DNA of 64,000 bases from Pecten maximus (taxonomy: Eukaryota): NCBI RefSeq assembly GCF_902652985.1, contig NC_047020.1:28954001-29018000 (forward strand), written 5' to 3'. The position numbers were made by a program, and so were the translations under genes. Shown here piece after piece: positions 38,873-49,382 of this stretch (the stretch's first letter is position 1; every line of letters starts with the position of its first letter). Under the pieces are notes generated by a model. The model ran no database searches and was not told where the DNA came from. It was given only the letters and a program-made list of their open reading frames with translations.

Positions 38873-41003
38873 CTCTTTCAGGCCCTCGGTTCCTCATTGT
38901 CACTTGTCCTCCCCATTAGACGATCCATGGTCAGGTCTCCAGCTTCCAAAGCCAGATCTGCCCGTCGGGGGTCGTCTATCCTCCTTCCTACCAGAATGGA
39001 AGGAGCTCACCAAGGACAAGTGGGCAATTTCGGTGGTTTCCGAGGGTCTAGGTATTCCTCTCTTGAAGGATCCTCCTCTGTCTGTGGACCCTATCTTCTT
39101 TCCTCCACCAGGCGATGTAGAGAAGGCTCAAGCCCTCTTAGACGAGGTCAATTCCTTGATAGCCAAGGGTGCTGTGGAGGAGCTTCCAAGGTCACTCTGG
39201 ACTCCAGGCTTTTACTCCCGGATGTTTCTTGTCAAGAAGAAATCCGGGGCCTGGCGTCCGATTATAGACCTCAGTGCATTCAACAAGCATGTAGTCTCGC
39301 CACACTTCAAAATGGAGACACCTCGAAGTATCTTGACTTCGGTAGCTCCAGGTATGTGGGCGACCTCAATCGACCTCAAGGACGCTTATTTCCATATACC
39401 GATAAAGAAATCGGTCAGGAAATTCCTGAGATTCACTTCTCAGGGCAGAGTGTTCCAGTTCAAGGCCATGCCCTTCGGTCTGACCACCGCCCCTTTGGTG
39501 TTCACCAAGCTACTTCAGGTGGTTGTGGGCTATTTACACAGTCGCGGAGTAGATATCCATATTTATTTCGACGACTCCCTGATGCTGCATATAGACCCAG
39601 TCTCTCTGCGTTGCAGCACCAGGTCGGTCTTGACAACTCTTCTACGCCTAGGTTTTATCCCTTCACGGGAGAAATCCGAGGTTCTTCCATCCCAGGACTT
39701 CATTTTCCTGGGAAACCGTTTCCTTACGGATCGGGGCCTCGTTCTTCCTCCTCAGTCCAAGTTCCAGAAAGCCAAGGAGTTGGTTATTCTGCTCAACAGT
39801 CTGGACTATATTCAGGTCAGGTGGTTTCTGAGGCTTCTCGGATTCCTCAATTCCCTTTCGGATGTCGTACCCCTGGGTCGGCTCCATATTCGCCCTCTTC
39901 AGATGTTTCTTCTTTCCAAATGGAAACCTGCATCCCTCGAGTGGGATGCTCGGATTCCATTGGAAGCTTCCGTCAAGGCCTCGGCCATGTGGTGGGCTTT
40001 GGAGGCCAATGTTTTGAAGGGCGTCTCTCTTCAGAGAGCGTCCCCTACAGTAACTCTGTATACGGACGCATCTATGACGGGTTGGGGTGCCTACCTCAAC
40101 GGTCAGTGTCGTTCAGGGGTCTGGCAGGGGGCTCAACTCCAGGAACACATCAATGTGCTGGAGATGAGAGCAGTTCTGCTAGCCATTCAGTCCCTACAGC
40201 CTCTGCTGCAGGATCAGTCCATTTGTCTGGCTACAGACAATGCTACAGTGGTAGCTTATTTGGAGAATCAGGGGGGTACAAAGTCTCACAAGCTATGTGC
40301 CCTCACTATCAGGATTCTTCTTCTTTGTCAGGATATGGGTCTGTCCCTCTCAGTGAGGCATCTTCCAGGGCACCTGAATGTTTTAGCAGACACGCTATCC
40401 AGATCACGGAGTCCAGTTATCACAGAATGGACCCTGAACAGGTCTATATTCAGGGCCATCTGCATGGTTTGGGAGACTCCTCTTGTAGATCTGTTTGCCA
40501 CAGCTCTGAATTTCCAGATTCAGACGTTCGTGTCTCCAGTTCCGGATCCTTTGGCTTGGGAAGTAGATGCTCTATCCCTGAGCTGGGAGGGTCTTCTGGC
40601 ATATGCCTTCCCTCCATTCAACCTCCTGGGCAGGGTACTTCACAAGGTCAGGAATCACGATTGCTCGGTTCTCCTGATAGCACCTCTGTGGCCCAGACAG
40701 CCTTGGTTTCCGGCTCTTCTGGATTTGCTGGTAGATCTCCCCTTGGCCATTCCGGCCAGGTGGAATCTCCTCAGCCAGCCCAAATCCAGACAGTTTCACC
40801 CCAATCCGGAACACCTACACCTTCACGCGTGGAGGCTATCTCGGTCTGTCTCTTGCAGGCAGGCTTTTCTGCAGAAGTTACCGATGGCATCACAAGATCT
40901 ATTCGATCTTCCTCATCTGCCATCTATGAGTCCAGATGGTCAGTCTTCTGCAGTTGGTGTATCAGCAGGAAGATTGATCCACTCGGTGCCTCTATTCAGT
41001 TAA
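38781..41003 (+). CDS. DIRS pol: reverse transcriptase, RNase H and DNA adenine methyltransferase-like domain
   Basis: RT: WRPIIDL, SIDLKDAYFHIPI, MPFGL, YFDD. RNase H: TDAS, HINVLE, TDN, ADTLSR. MT-like: DLFA, AFPPF. Confidence 0.97.
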   Translation: MGTLLGVGAVRVTEGEGVERRIPARRDRVPDSFRPSVPHCHLSSPLDDPWSGLQLPKPDLPVGGRLSSFLPEWKELTKDKWAISVVSEGLGIPLLKDPPLSVDPIFFPPPGDVEKAQALLDEVNSLIAKGAVEELPRSLWTPGFYSRMFLVKKKSGAWRPIIDLSAFNKHVVSPHFKMETPRSILTSVAPGMWATSIDLKDAYFHIPIKKSVRKFLRFTSQGRVFQFKAMPFGLTTAPLVFTKLLQVVVGYLHSRGVDIHIYFDDSLMLHIDPVSLRCSTRSVLTTLLRLGFIPSREKSEVLPSQDFIFLGNRFLTDRGLVLPPQSKFQKAKELVILLNSLDYIQVRWFLRLLGFLNSLSDVVPLGRLHIRPLQMFLLSKWKPASLEWDARIPLEASVKASAMWWALEANVLKGVSLQRASPTVTLYTDASMTGWGAYLNGQCRSGVWQGAQLQEHINVLEMRAVLLAIQSLQPLLQDQSICLATDNATVVAYLENQGGTKSHKLCALTIRILLLCQDMGLSLSVRHLPGHLNVLADTLSRSRSPVITEWTLNRSIFRAICMVWETPLVDLFATALNFQIQTFVSPVPDPLAWEVDALSLSWEGLLAYAFPPFNLLGRVLHKVRNHDCSVLLIAPLWPRQPWFPALLDLLVDLPLAIPARWNLLSQPKSRQFHPNPEHLHLHAWRLSRSVSCRQAFLQKLPMASQDLFDLPHLPSMSPDGQSSAVGVSAGRLIHSVPLFS

Positions 41004-41911
41004 TAGCGGAGTTTTTCCTCTACCTTTTTAAGGTTAGGGAACTAGCGCCTAGCACCATTCGAGGCTATCGTTCAGCCTTAGCCAATGTATTTTCTTTTCG
41101 GGGTCGTTCAGATGTTGGAACATGTTCCACTCTCTCTAATCTCCTCAGGTCTTTTTCGTTGGAGAAGCCTAAGGTAAGAATCTTGACACCCCAGTGGGAC
41201 TTGGCTTTAGTTTTGGACTCTCTTACAAGGTCTCCTTATGAGCCTTTGGCTTCTGCTTCTGTTAAGTTCCTTTCTTGGAAGACTGTTTTCCTGATTGCAC
41301 TTGCCTCAGGTAGGCGGAGAAGTGAAATACATGCTCTTTCTTCTTCTCCGTCATGTCTCAGGTGGTCACGAAACTATTCCCTAGTGACCCTTCTCACTGA
41401 CCCCTCCTTCTTGGCGAAAAACCAGGTTCCCAATTTTTCACCAGATCCTATTAAGATTCCTGCCTTAAAGGCTGTCTCTGGTCCCAATGATCAGGATCTG
41501 CTACTTTGTCCTTGTAGGGCTTTGAAGTTTTATCTTGATAAAACTAAGGGGGGGCGGCAGGGTCCTAGACCTCGTCTGTTCTTGTCCATCAAGGCAAAGC
41601 AGTCTGATATATCTTCTCAGACTATTTCCAGGTGGATCTGTGAAACTATTCAGAAAGCCTATGAGGGGTCTACTGCAGAGACTCGTGACAGTGTTCGGGT
41701 TAGGGCACATGAAGTTAGGGCTCTATCTGCCTCTTGGGCTTTTCTCAATGGAACCTCATATGATGAGGTCATGGCATCTGCCTTTTGGCGAGGCCGCAAC
41801 ACCTTTGCAGACTTCTATCTGCGGTCGCTGTCCTCCCATGCAGATGGGTTATATTCTCTGGGTCCTCTTGTCACTGCTCAGTCAGTCACTTGTCCCCCAG
41901 TCAATCCTTAG
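38897..41911 (+). CDS. DIRS tyrosine recombinase ORF, overlapping pol in another frame
   Basis: C-terminal ~350 aa has YR features: LAPSTIRGYRSAL, GRRRSEI (R), LCPCRAL, HEVR (HxxR), W...TF..FY (catalytic Tyr). Confidence 0.95.
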   Translation: MSLVLPIRRSMVRSPASKARSARRGSSILLPTRMEGAHQGQVGNFGGFRGSRYSSLEGSSSVCGPYLLSSTRRCREGSSPLRRGQFLDSQGCCGGASKVTLDSRLLLPDVSCQEEIRGLASDYRPQCIQQACSLATLQNGDTSKYLDFGSSRYVGDLNRPQGRLFPYTDKEIGQEIPEIHFSGQSVPVQGHALRSDHRPFGVHQATSGGCGLFTQSRSRYPYLFRRLPDAAYRPSLSALQHQVGLDNSSTPRFYPFTGEIRGSSIPGLHFPGKPFPYGSGPRSSSSVQVPESQGVGYSAQQSGLYSGQVVSEASRIPQFPFGCRTPGSAPYSPSSDVSSFQMETCIPRVGCSDSIGSFRQGLGHVVGFGGQCFEGRLSSESVPYSNSVYGRIYDGLGCLPQRSVSFRGLAGGSTPGTHQCAGDESSSASHSVPTASAAGSVHLSGYRQCYSGSLFGESGGYKVSQAMCPHYQDSSSLSGYGSVPLSEASSRAPECFSRHAIQITESSYHRMDPEQVYIQGHLHGLGDSSCRSVCHSSEFPDSDVRVSSSGSFGLGSRCSIPELGGSSGICLPSIQPPGQGTSQGQESRLLGSPDSTSVAQTALVSGSSGFAGRSPLGHSGQVESPQPAQIQTVSPQSGTPTPSRVEAISVCLLQAGFSAEVTDGITRSIRSSSSAIYESRWSVFCSWCISRKIDPLGASIQLIAEFFLYLFKVRELAPSTIRGYRSALANVFSFRGRSDVGTCSTLSNLLRSFSLEKPKVRILTPQWDLALVLDSLTRSPYEPLASASVKFLSWKTVFLIALASGRRRSEIHALSSSPSCLRWSRNYSLVTLLTDPSFLAKNQVPNFSPDPIKIPALKAVSGPNDQDLLLCPCRALKFYLDKTKGGRQGPRPRLFLSIKAKQSDISSQTISRWICETIQKAYEGSTAETRDSVRVRAHEVRALSASWAFLNGTSYDEVMASAFWRGRNTFADFYLRSLSSHADGLYSLGPLVTAQSVTCPPVNP

Positions 41912-42052
41912 GGAGGTTCCATTGCGGTTTCTGTTTTTAAAGAGTTTTATTGTAAATATCCCAGACCCTTAAGGGGTTTTTAACTGATGTCTTTGTTGCG
42001 GTCTTTTCAAGAGGTCATTGTCCTCGGAGACTCCTCTACGGTAAGACAAATT

Positions 42053-42147
42053 CGCTATTATCTATATGGTGGTGAGCTATTATTGAAATAAACTTGAGGT
42101 TTTTGTAGTAAAACCAATGTTTATGATATAATACTCACCACCATATA
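42053..42147. other. DIRS internal complementary region (ICR; circle-junction template)
   Basis: 42053-42093 is the reverse complement of the left end 35756-35796; 42094-42147 is the reverse complement of the right end 42323-42376. Confidence 0.95.
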
Positions 42148-42197
42148 CTAGAGTTCCCACCCTCCTCCCCTCGTCTCCTCATCCAATTTATTTGGTT

Positions 42198-42336
42198 GCG
42201 GAAGTGAGGTTTTGGGTCATGCGCGGTGCGTTCGTATCGGGCATTAAGGGTCCTCTCACGGGATATTTATTTTCATTTTTGTTATGCAAATTATGGGCTG
42301 CCGGAGGCGATACGCTATTATCTATATGGTGGTGAG
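42198..42336. repeat. DIRS right inverted terminal repeat (followed by 40-bp right extension to 42376)
   Basis: Reverse complement of 35773-35911. Confidence 0.95.
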
Positions 42337-42515
42337 TATTATATCATAAACATTGGTTTTACTACAAAAACCTCAATTTCATAGCAATCCAAGGTGTAGG
42401 TCAAAGGTAAAAAATTATTATCCAGTGATATAGTCTGCAGGTTTTATAAAGTTTTACATCAAAAGTTTTTATGGTTGCAAATAAAGACAGTCCAGACTGC
42501 AGATTTGTACTTACA

Positions 42516-44738
42516 ACAGTATTGACCTATATTTATATTATCCCTTATCTGTACAGTGTTGACCTATATTAATGTTATCCTTTGTCTGTACAGTGTTGAC
42601 CTATATTTATGTTATCCCTTGTCTGTACAGTGTTGACCTATATTTATGTTACCCCTCGTCTGTACAGTGTTGACCTATATTTATGTTATCCCTTGTCTGT
42701 ACAGTGTTGACCTATATTTATGTTATCCCTTGTCTGTACAGTGTTGACCTATATTTATGTTATCCCTTGTCTGTACAATGTTGACCTATATTTATGTTAC
42801 CCCTCGTCTGTACAGTGTTGACCTATATTTATGTTACCCCATGTCTGCACAGTATTGACCTATATCTATGTTGTCCCTTGTCTGTACAGTATTGACCTAT
42901 ATTTATGTTCTCCCTTGTCTGTACAATGTTAACCTATATCTATGTTACCACTTGTCTGTAAAATGTTGACCTACTATGTTATCCCTTGTCTGTACAGTGT
43001 TGACCTATATTTATGTTATCCCTTGTCTGTACAGTGTTGACCTATATTTATGTTATCCCTTGTCTGTACAGTGTTGACCTATATTTATGTTATCCCTTGT
43101 CTGTACAGTGTTGACCTATATTTATGTTACCCCTTGTCTGTACAGTATTGACCTATATTTATGTCTTCCCTCATCTGTACAGTGTTGACCTATATTTATG
43201 TTCTCCCTTGTCTGTACAGTGTTGACCTATATTTATGTTATCCCATGTATGTACAATGTTGACCTATATTTATGTCACCCCTTATCTGTACAGTGTTGAC
43301 CTATATCTGTTACCCCTTGTCTGTACAGTATTGACCTATGTTTATGTTCTCCCTTGTCTGTACAATGTTAACCTATATATATGTTACCACTTGTCTGTAA
43401 AATGTTGACCTACTATGTTATCCCTTGTCTGTACAGTATTGACCTATATCTATGTTACCCCTTGTCTGTACAGTGTTGATCTATATTTATGTTATCCCTT
43501 GTCTGTACAGTGTTGACCTATATTTATGTTATCCCTTGTCTGTACAGTGTTGACCTATATTTATGTTACCCCTTGTCTGTACAGTATTGACCTATATTTA
43601 TGTCTTCCCTCATCTGTACAGTGTTGACCTATATTTATGTTCTCCCTTGTCTGTACAGTGTTGACCTATATTTATTTTATCCCATGTTTGTACAATGTTG
43701 ACCTATATTTATGTCACCCCTTATCTGTACAGTGTTGACCTATATCTGTTACCCCTTGTCTGTACAGTATTGACCTATGTTTATGTTCTCCCTTGTCTGT
43801 ACAATGTTGACCTATATTTATGTTACCCCTTGTCTGTACAGTGTTGACCTATATCTATGTTACCCCTTGTCTGTACAGTTGACCTATATCTATGTTACCC
43901 TTGTCTGTACAATGTTGACCTATATTTATGTTACCCCATGTCTGTACAGTATTGACCTATATTTATGTTACCCCTTGTCTGTACAGTGTTGACTTATATT
44001 TATGTTATCCCTTGTCTGTACAGTATTGACCTATATCTATGTAACCCCTTGTCTGTACAATGTTGACCTATATCTATGTTACCCCATATCTGTACAGTGT
44101 TGACCTATATTTATGTTATCCCTTGTCTGTACAGTGTTGACCTATATTTATGTTACCCCTTGTCTGTACAGTGTTGACCTATATTTATGTTCTCCCATGT
44201 CTGTACAATGTTGACCTATATTTATGTTCTCCCATGTCTGTACAATGTTGACCTATATTTATGTTCTCCCATGTCTGTACAATGTTGACCTATATTTATG
44301 TTATCCTTTGTCTGTAAAGTGCTGACCTATATTTATGTTACCCCTTGTCTGTACAGTGTTGACCTATATCTGTCACCCCTTGTCTGTACAGTGTTGACCT
44401 ATATCTATGTCACCCCTTGTCTGTACAGTGTTGACCTATATTTATGTTATCCCATGTCTGTACAGTGTTGACCTATATTTATGTTCTCCCTTGTCTGTAA
44501 AGTGTTTGCCTATATCTATGTTACCCCTTGTCTGTACAGTGTTGACCTATATTTATGTTATCCTTTGTCTGTACAATGTTGACCTATATCTATGTTCTCC
44601 CTTGTCTGTACAGTGTTGACCTATATTTATGTTATCCCTTGTCTGTACAGTGTTGACCTATATTTATGTTACCCCTTGTCTGTACAGTGTTTCCCTATAT
44701 TTATGTTCTCCCTTGTCTGTAAAGTGTTTGCCTATATT
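42516..44738. repeat. 37-bp minisatellite, ~60 copies
   Basis: Unit tgtacagtgttgacctatatttatgttatcccttgtc. Confidence 0.97.
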
Positions 44739-45084
44739 TTCTCTTTATTGGTAACACTGAACTCTAAAGGTCTAATTAATTATTTGGAGATATGAGATGT
44801 TATCAGTGAATTTGTTTGGCAGAGAGAGAAAGCCTGAAACCTCTGTCATGTTGTGCTGGTGATCATATTAATCATAGACTCCGCGGGATGTATCATAGCT
44901 GAGGGATCAATCACAAAATTAATCTAGTGAAATAACAATAAATCCTTGTACATAAGAGCGCCACATATCAGATCATTACTCATCAGAACTTTCAACTATC
45001 TGTGTAAACTTGTCCCTCACATAAAAAAAATGTCCCCTGAACGATTTGGATATGGGACAATCTACTGTACATACCCTTTATAAT

Positions 45085-46282
45085 AGTCTGGTGGAATAGA
45101 CAGAAATCCTAACACCATAAACCTACTGTATGTCAGTGTGGTGGAATAGTCAGAAATCCTAACACCATAAACCTACTGTACGTCAGTCTAGTGGAAAGTC
45201 AGAAATCCTAACACCATAAACCTACTGTATGTCAGTCTGGTGGAATAGTCAGAAATCCTAACACCATAAACCTACTGTATGTCAGTCTGGTGGAATAGTC
45301 AGAAATCCTAACACCATAAACCTACTGTACATCAGTCTGGTGGAATAGTCAGAAATCCTAACACCATAAACCTACTGTATGTGAGTCCGGTGGAATAGTC
45401 AGAAATCCTAACATCATAAACCTACTGTATGTCAGTCTGGTGGAAGAGTCAGAAATCCTAACACCATAAACCTACTGTATGTCAGTCTGGTGGAATAGTC
45501 AGAAATCCTAACACCATAAACCTATTGTACGTCAGTCTGGTGGAATAGTCAGAAATCCTAACACCATAAACCTACTGTACGTCAGTCTGGTGGAATAGTC
45601 AGAAATCCTAACACCATAAACCTACTGTACGTCAGTCTGGTGGAATAGTCAGAAATCCTAACACCATAAACCTACTGTATATCAGTCTGGTGGAATAGTC
45701 AGAAATCCTAACACCATAAACCTACTGTTTGTGAGTCTGGTGGAATAGTCAGAAATCCTAACACCATAAACCTACTGTATGTCAGTCTGGTGGAATAGTC
45801 AGAAATCCTAACACCATAAACCTACTTTATGTCAGTCTGGTGGAATAGTCAGAAATCCTAACACCATAAACCTACTGTATGTCAGTCTGGTGGAATAGTC
45901 AGAAATCCTAACACCATAAACCTACTGTATGTCAGTCTGGTGGAATAGTCAGAAATCCTAACACCATAAACCTACTGTACGTCAGTCTGGTGGAATAGTC
46001 AGAAATCCTAACACCATAAACCTACTGTACATCAGTCTGGTGGAATAGTCATAAATCCTAACACCATAAACCTACTGTATGTCAGTCTGGTGGAATAGTC
46101 AGAATCCTAACACCATAAACCTACTGTACATCAGTCTGGTGGAATAGTCAGAAATCCTAACACCATAAACCTACTGTATGTCAGTCTGGTGGAATAGTCA
46201 GAAATCCTAACACCATAAACCTACTGTACGTTAGTCTGGTGGAATAGTCAGAAATCCTAACACCATAAACCTACTGTATGTC
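45085..46282. repeat. 50-bp minisatellite, ~24 copies
   Basis: Unit agaaatcctaacaccataaacctactgtatgtcagtctggtggaatagtc. Confidence 0.97.
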
Positions 46283-47653
46283 ACATCTAATCCTTACCCT
46301 GAATATATACCAATTTTACTATGAGAGCCTTATGCCAACCTGGATCTTGCATTACTCGTAGAATAAGTTTTCATTCTGCCAACATCAAATCACTCCTGGA
46401 TCAATCTGTGATCGGTGATGGAGCCTAAATCTAATTTGCTTGGCCCTTTTGGTTACTTTTTGCTGGCTGTAATCCAATCAACTCACAAATATTATTTCCT
46501 AAATACGTTACAGACGGCAAGGGCATCAGACGGGCAGTTCTAGTCGCCGTGTATCAGTAACGATCAACGTCAGCTATGGACTTTTTATTCATGGGATGCT
46601 GATAAAAAATGAATTTAGCTTTTAGTGGGTGTCATTATGGACATTTCATAGAGATGTTGTGTCATTATTTTACGTTACTAATCCCTACATTTTATATATG
46701 TAATTGGTATTATTTTTTTATTCAATTAGTGTAAAGATATTTTCTTGGTTCCTTAATTAGCTATTTATTCATCAGAGCTCAGTGTCTCAAGAGATATATA
46801 TGTCATAAATGGTTACCTCAGAGTTTAGCTGTCCATTTCTGTTGACTGTATCGATACAGTGGTCAAAGCCTGTCGTATGAGTTATTGTGAAATTTCTCCT
46901 GACTTGTCACTGTTAATTTAGTCTCCACTGTTAATTTAATTGGATATGAAACACTCATGAAATGCTATCTCACAAGAAAAAAGATTTCCAATCGAACATT
47001 AGACATACCTTTGAGTATAGTTTGTAAAATAAGAGTGACACAACATTGTATGGCCATCTATAACTTGTCACTTTTCATTCTGATAGCAACTGATGTTTGA
47101 CGGATATTCTTACATGAATAATGCCATATCACCAAAATCAATGAGGACCACAGGTCAAGGTCACTGTTACCTAAGATAAAACTAGAGTGACATTTATGGC
47201 TTGTACATGTCACTTTTGATTCTGATGATAAATTTATTCGGACGACCAGGTATTGATTGTTATATCATTTTTTTGTGTGAGAGTAACAGTATAAAGTTTT
47301 GTAAGAAAACAACACAATTTTGTGACATATACTCAGGTTGATAAGGACACATCCAAATCCTATAGTCCTAGGAAACATCATGGATTCTGATTGGCAGGGA
47401 CCAATCAGGCTGTTACGTCTGATATGTGGGTCTGGTTTTGCTCCTACTTTGTGGTAAATACTGCTTATCAGATTACATAGAAAAAAACGATTCCTTATTT
47501 CCATTATTACTACAGCGGTACTGAAGGTCTTCTGATGTGGGGCCCCAACCCTGGCGCCGGTCTAGTGTGTATCATTGTGTAAGAAGTATTAAGATTGCAT
47601 TTATTTATTTAGACCAGTGGCACATGACTGAAATTTTCAATATTTTTTAACAG

Positions 47654-47773
47654 ATTGCAGCTCGACCAGGGGCTCGTCACTTCCGTTGTTTGTTTCGTGT
47701 GATGTTTGTTCCCCGCGATGCCTTTGATCTTTTGAATGAGGAGCCAATGGCATTTGAGTACTTCTACATGCAG
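47654..47773 (+). CDS. FRMPD4: Exon: FERM F1/F2 (IAARPGARHFRCLFRVMFVPRDAFDLLNEEPMAFEYFYMQ)
   Basis: ttttaacag / CAG|gtaggt; 120 nt. Confidence 0.95.
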
Positions 47774-47865
47774 GTAGGTGTCAGTGTCATGAATACATAT
47801 ATAACACATCAGGCACTCAACCTTACATAATTTGAAACTAAATGCTTATTGGAAAAAGCTTATAA

Positions 47866-48272
47866 AACTCTTAATGAGCTTGTTAGATAAATATATTATC
47901 AATTTCTTAGTCATCTGGCATGATTAGAGAACTATATCAAACTCTTAGTGATCTGGCATAATTAGAGATATAGATTATCAAACACTTAGTGATCTGGCAT
48001 AATTAGAGAAATAGATTATCTAACTCTTAGTGAGCTGGCATAATTAGAGAAATAGATTATCTAACTCTTAGTGAGCTGGTATAATTAGAGAAATAGATTA
48101 TCTTACTCTTAGTGAGCTGGCATAATTAGAGAAATAGATTATCTAACTCTTAGTGAGCTGGCATAATTAGAGAAATAGATTATCTAACTCTTAGTCATCT
48201 GACATGATTAGAGAAATATATCCAACTCTTAGTGATCTGACATAGATCTGACATAATTAGATAAATAGATTA
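47866..48272. repeat. 41-bp minisatellite, ~9-10 copies
   Basis: Unit tcttagtgagctggcataattagagaaatagattatctaac. Confidence 0.9.
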
Positions 48273-48331
48273 TCACAATGTAATAATATGATTGTAAGAC
48301 ACTGACTAGATGATATGTGGCTATGTTTCAG

Positions 48332-48465
48332 TGCTGTAATGATGTGGTACAGGAGAAGTTCCCAGAGCTAAAAGGAGAGACAGTGTTGAAGCTTTCTGCA
48401 CTACAAATACAACAACATGCCATGCACAACAATGTAACAGGAAAAATCAACATTAAGGCGATAGA
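48332..48465 (+). CDS. FRMPD4: Exon: FERM F2 (CCNDVVQEKFPELKGETVLKLSALQIQQH...)
   Basis: gtttcag / GA|gtaagt; phases 0/2. Confidence 0.95.
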
Positions 48466-48490
48466 GTAAGTGTTCCTAATAAACAGAAGA

Positions 48491-49037
48491 ACCCCTAAGT
48501 ATGGTTGTCTCCCCTTATAAAACTGAAGTACCCCTATAAAAGTATGGTTGTCTCCCCTTATAAAACTGAATTACCCCTATAAAAGTATGGTTGTCTCCCC
48601 TTATAAACCTGAAGTACCCCTATAAAAGTATGGTTGTCTCCCCTTATAAAACTGAAGTACCCCTATAAAAGTATGGTTGTCTCCCCTTATAAAACTGAAG
48701 TACCACTATAAAAGTATGGTTGTCTCCCCTTATAAAACTGAAGTACCACTATAAAAGTATGGTTGTCTCCCCTTATAAAACTGAAGTACCCCTATAAAAG
48801 TATGGTTGTCTCCCCTTAAAAAACTGAAGTACCCCTATAAAAGTATGGTTGTCTCCCCTTATAAAACTGAAGTACCCCTATAAAAGTATGGTTGTCTCCC
48901 TTTATAAAACTGAAGTACCCCTAAGTATGGCTGTCTCCCCTTATAAAACTGAAGTACCCCTATAAAAGTATGGCTGTCTCCCCTTATAAAACTGAAGTAC
49001 CCCTATAAAAGTATGGTTGTCTCCCCTTATAAAAACT
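48491..49037. repeat. 43-bp minisatellite, ~12-13 copies
   Basis: Unit aagtatggttgtctccccttataaaactgaagtacccctataa. Confidence 0.95.
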
Positions 49038-49161
49038 AGGGTCGGTGTGACAGTGGAAAGAGTCTGAATTTGGTATACTAAGTAACATAGTGTGTTCGAT
49101 ATAACATTGTCTCACAGGAGTGAGGGATAGGTAAAACATAATTGTTATGGTTGTTTCACAG

Positions 49162-49382
49162 AAAAGAATGTGGACTGGAGAAGTTTGTGCCTTCCACACA
49201 ATTAGAGAGTATGAAGGGTAAGGATCTACGTAAACTGCTCAGTCAACAGCTCAAAGTGAACCAGAACCTCACACCACCTGGCCAGAAAGCAGCTGTCAGC
49301 CCTACAGGCAAAGCTCCACTACGTAAAGATTGTCAGTGAACTTAAGACATTCGGTAGTCGTGTTTTCATGGTCACTCTGCTG
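49162..49382 (+). CDS. FRMPD4: Exon: FERM F2/F3, with an apparent +1 A frameshift at 49286-49288
   Basis: KECGLEKFVPS...NQNLTPPGQK, then in the shifted frame QLSALQAKLHYVKIVSELKTFGSRVFMVTLL; tttcacag / gtaagt; 221 nt, one more than the phases require. Confidence 0.9.

Larger units (their letters stand above)
35756..42376 (+). mobile_element. Full-length DIRS1-like tyrosine recombinase retrotransposon
   Basis: Inverted terminal repeats 35773-35911 / 42198-42336, internal complementary region 42053-42147, gag + RT/RNaseH/MT + YR ORFs, no evident target-site duplication. Confidence 0.97.

Noticed and set aside
45085-46282. CRISPR-like appearance of regular arrays
   Set aside because: Units are contiguous with no unique spacers, no cas genes, eukaryotic context.
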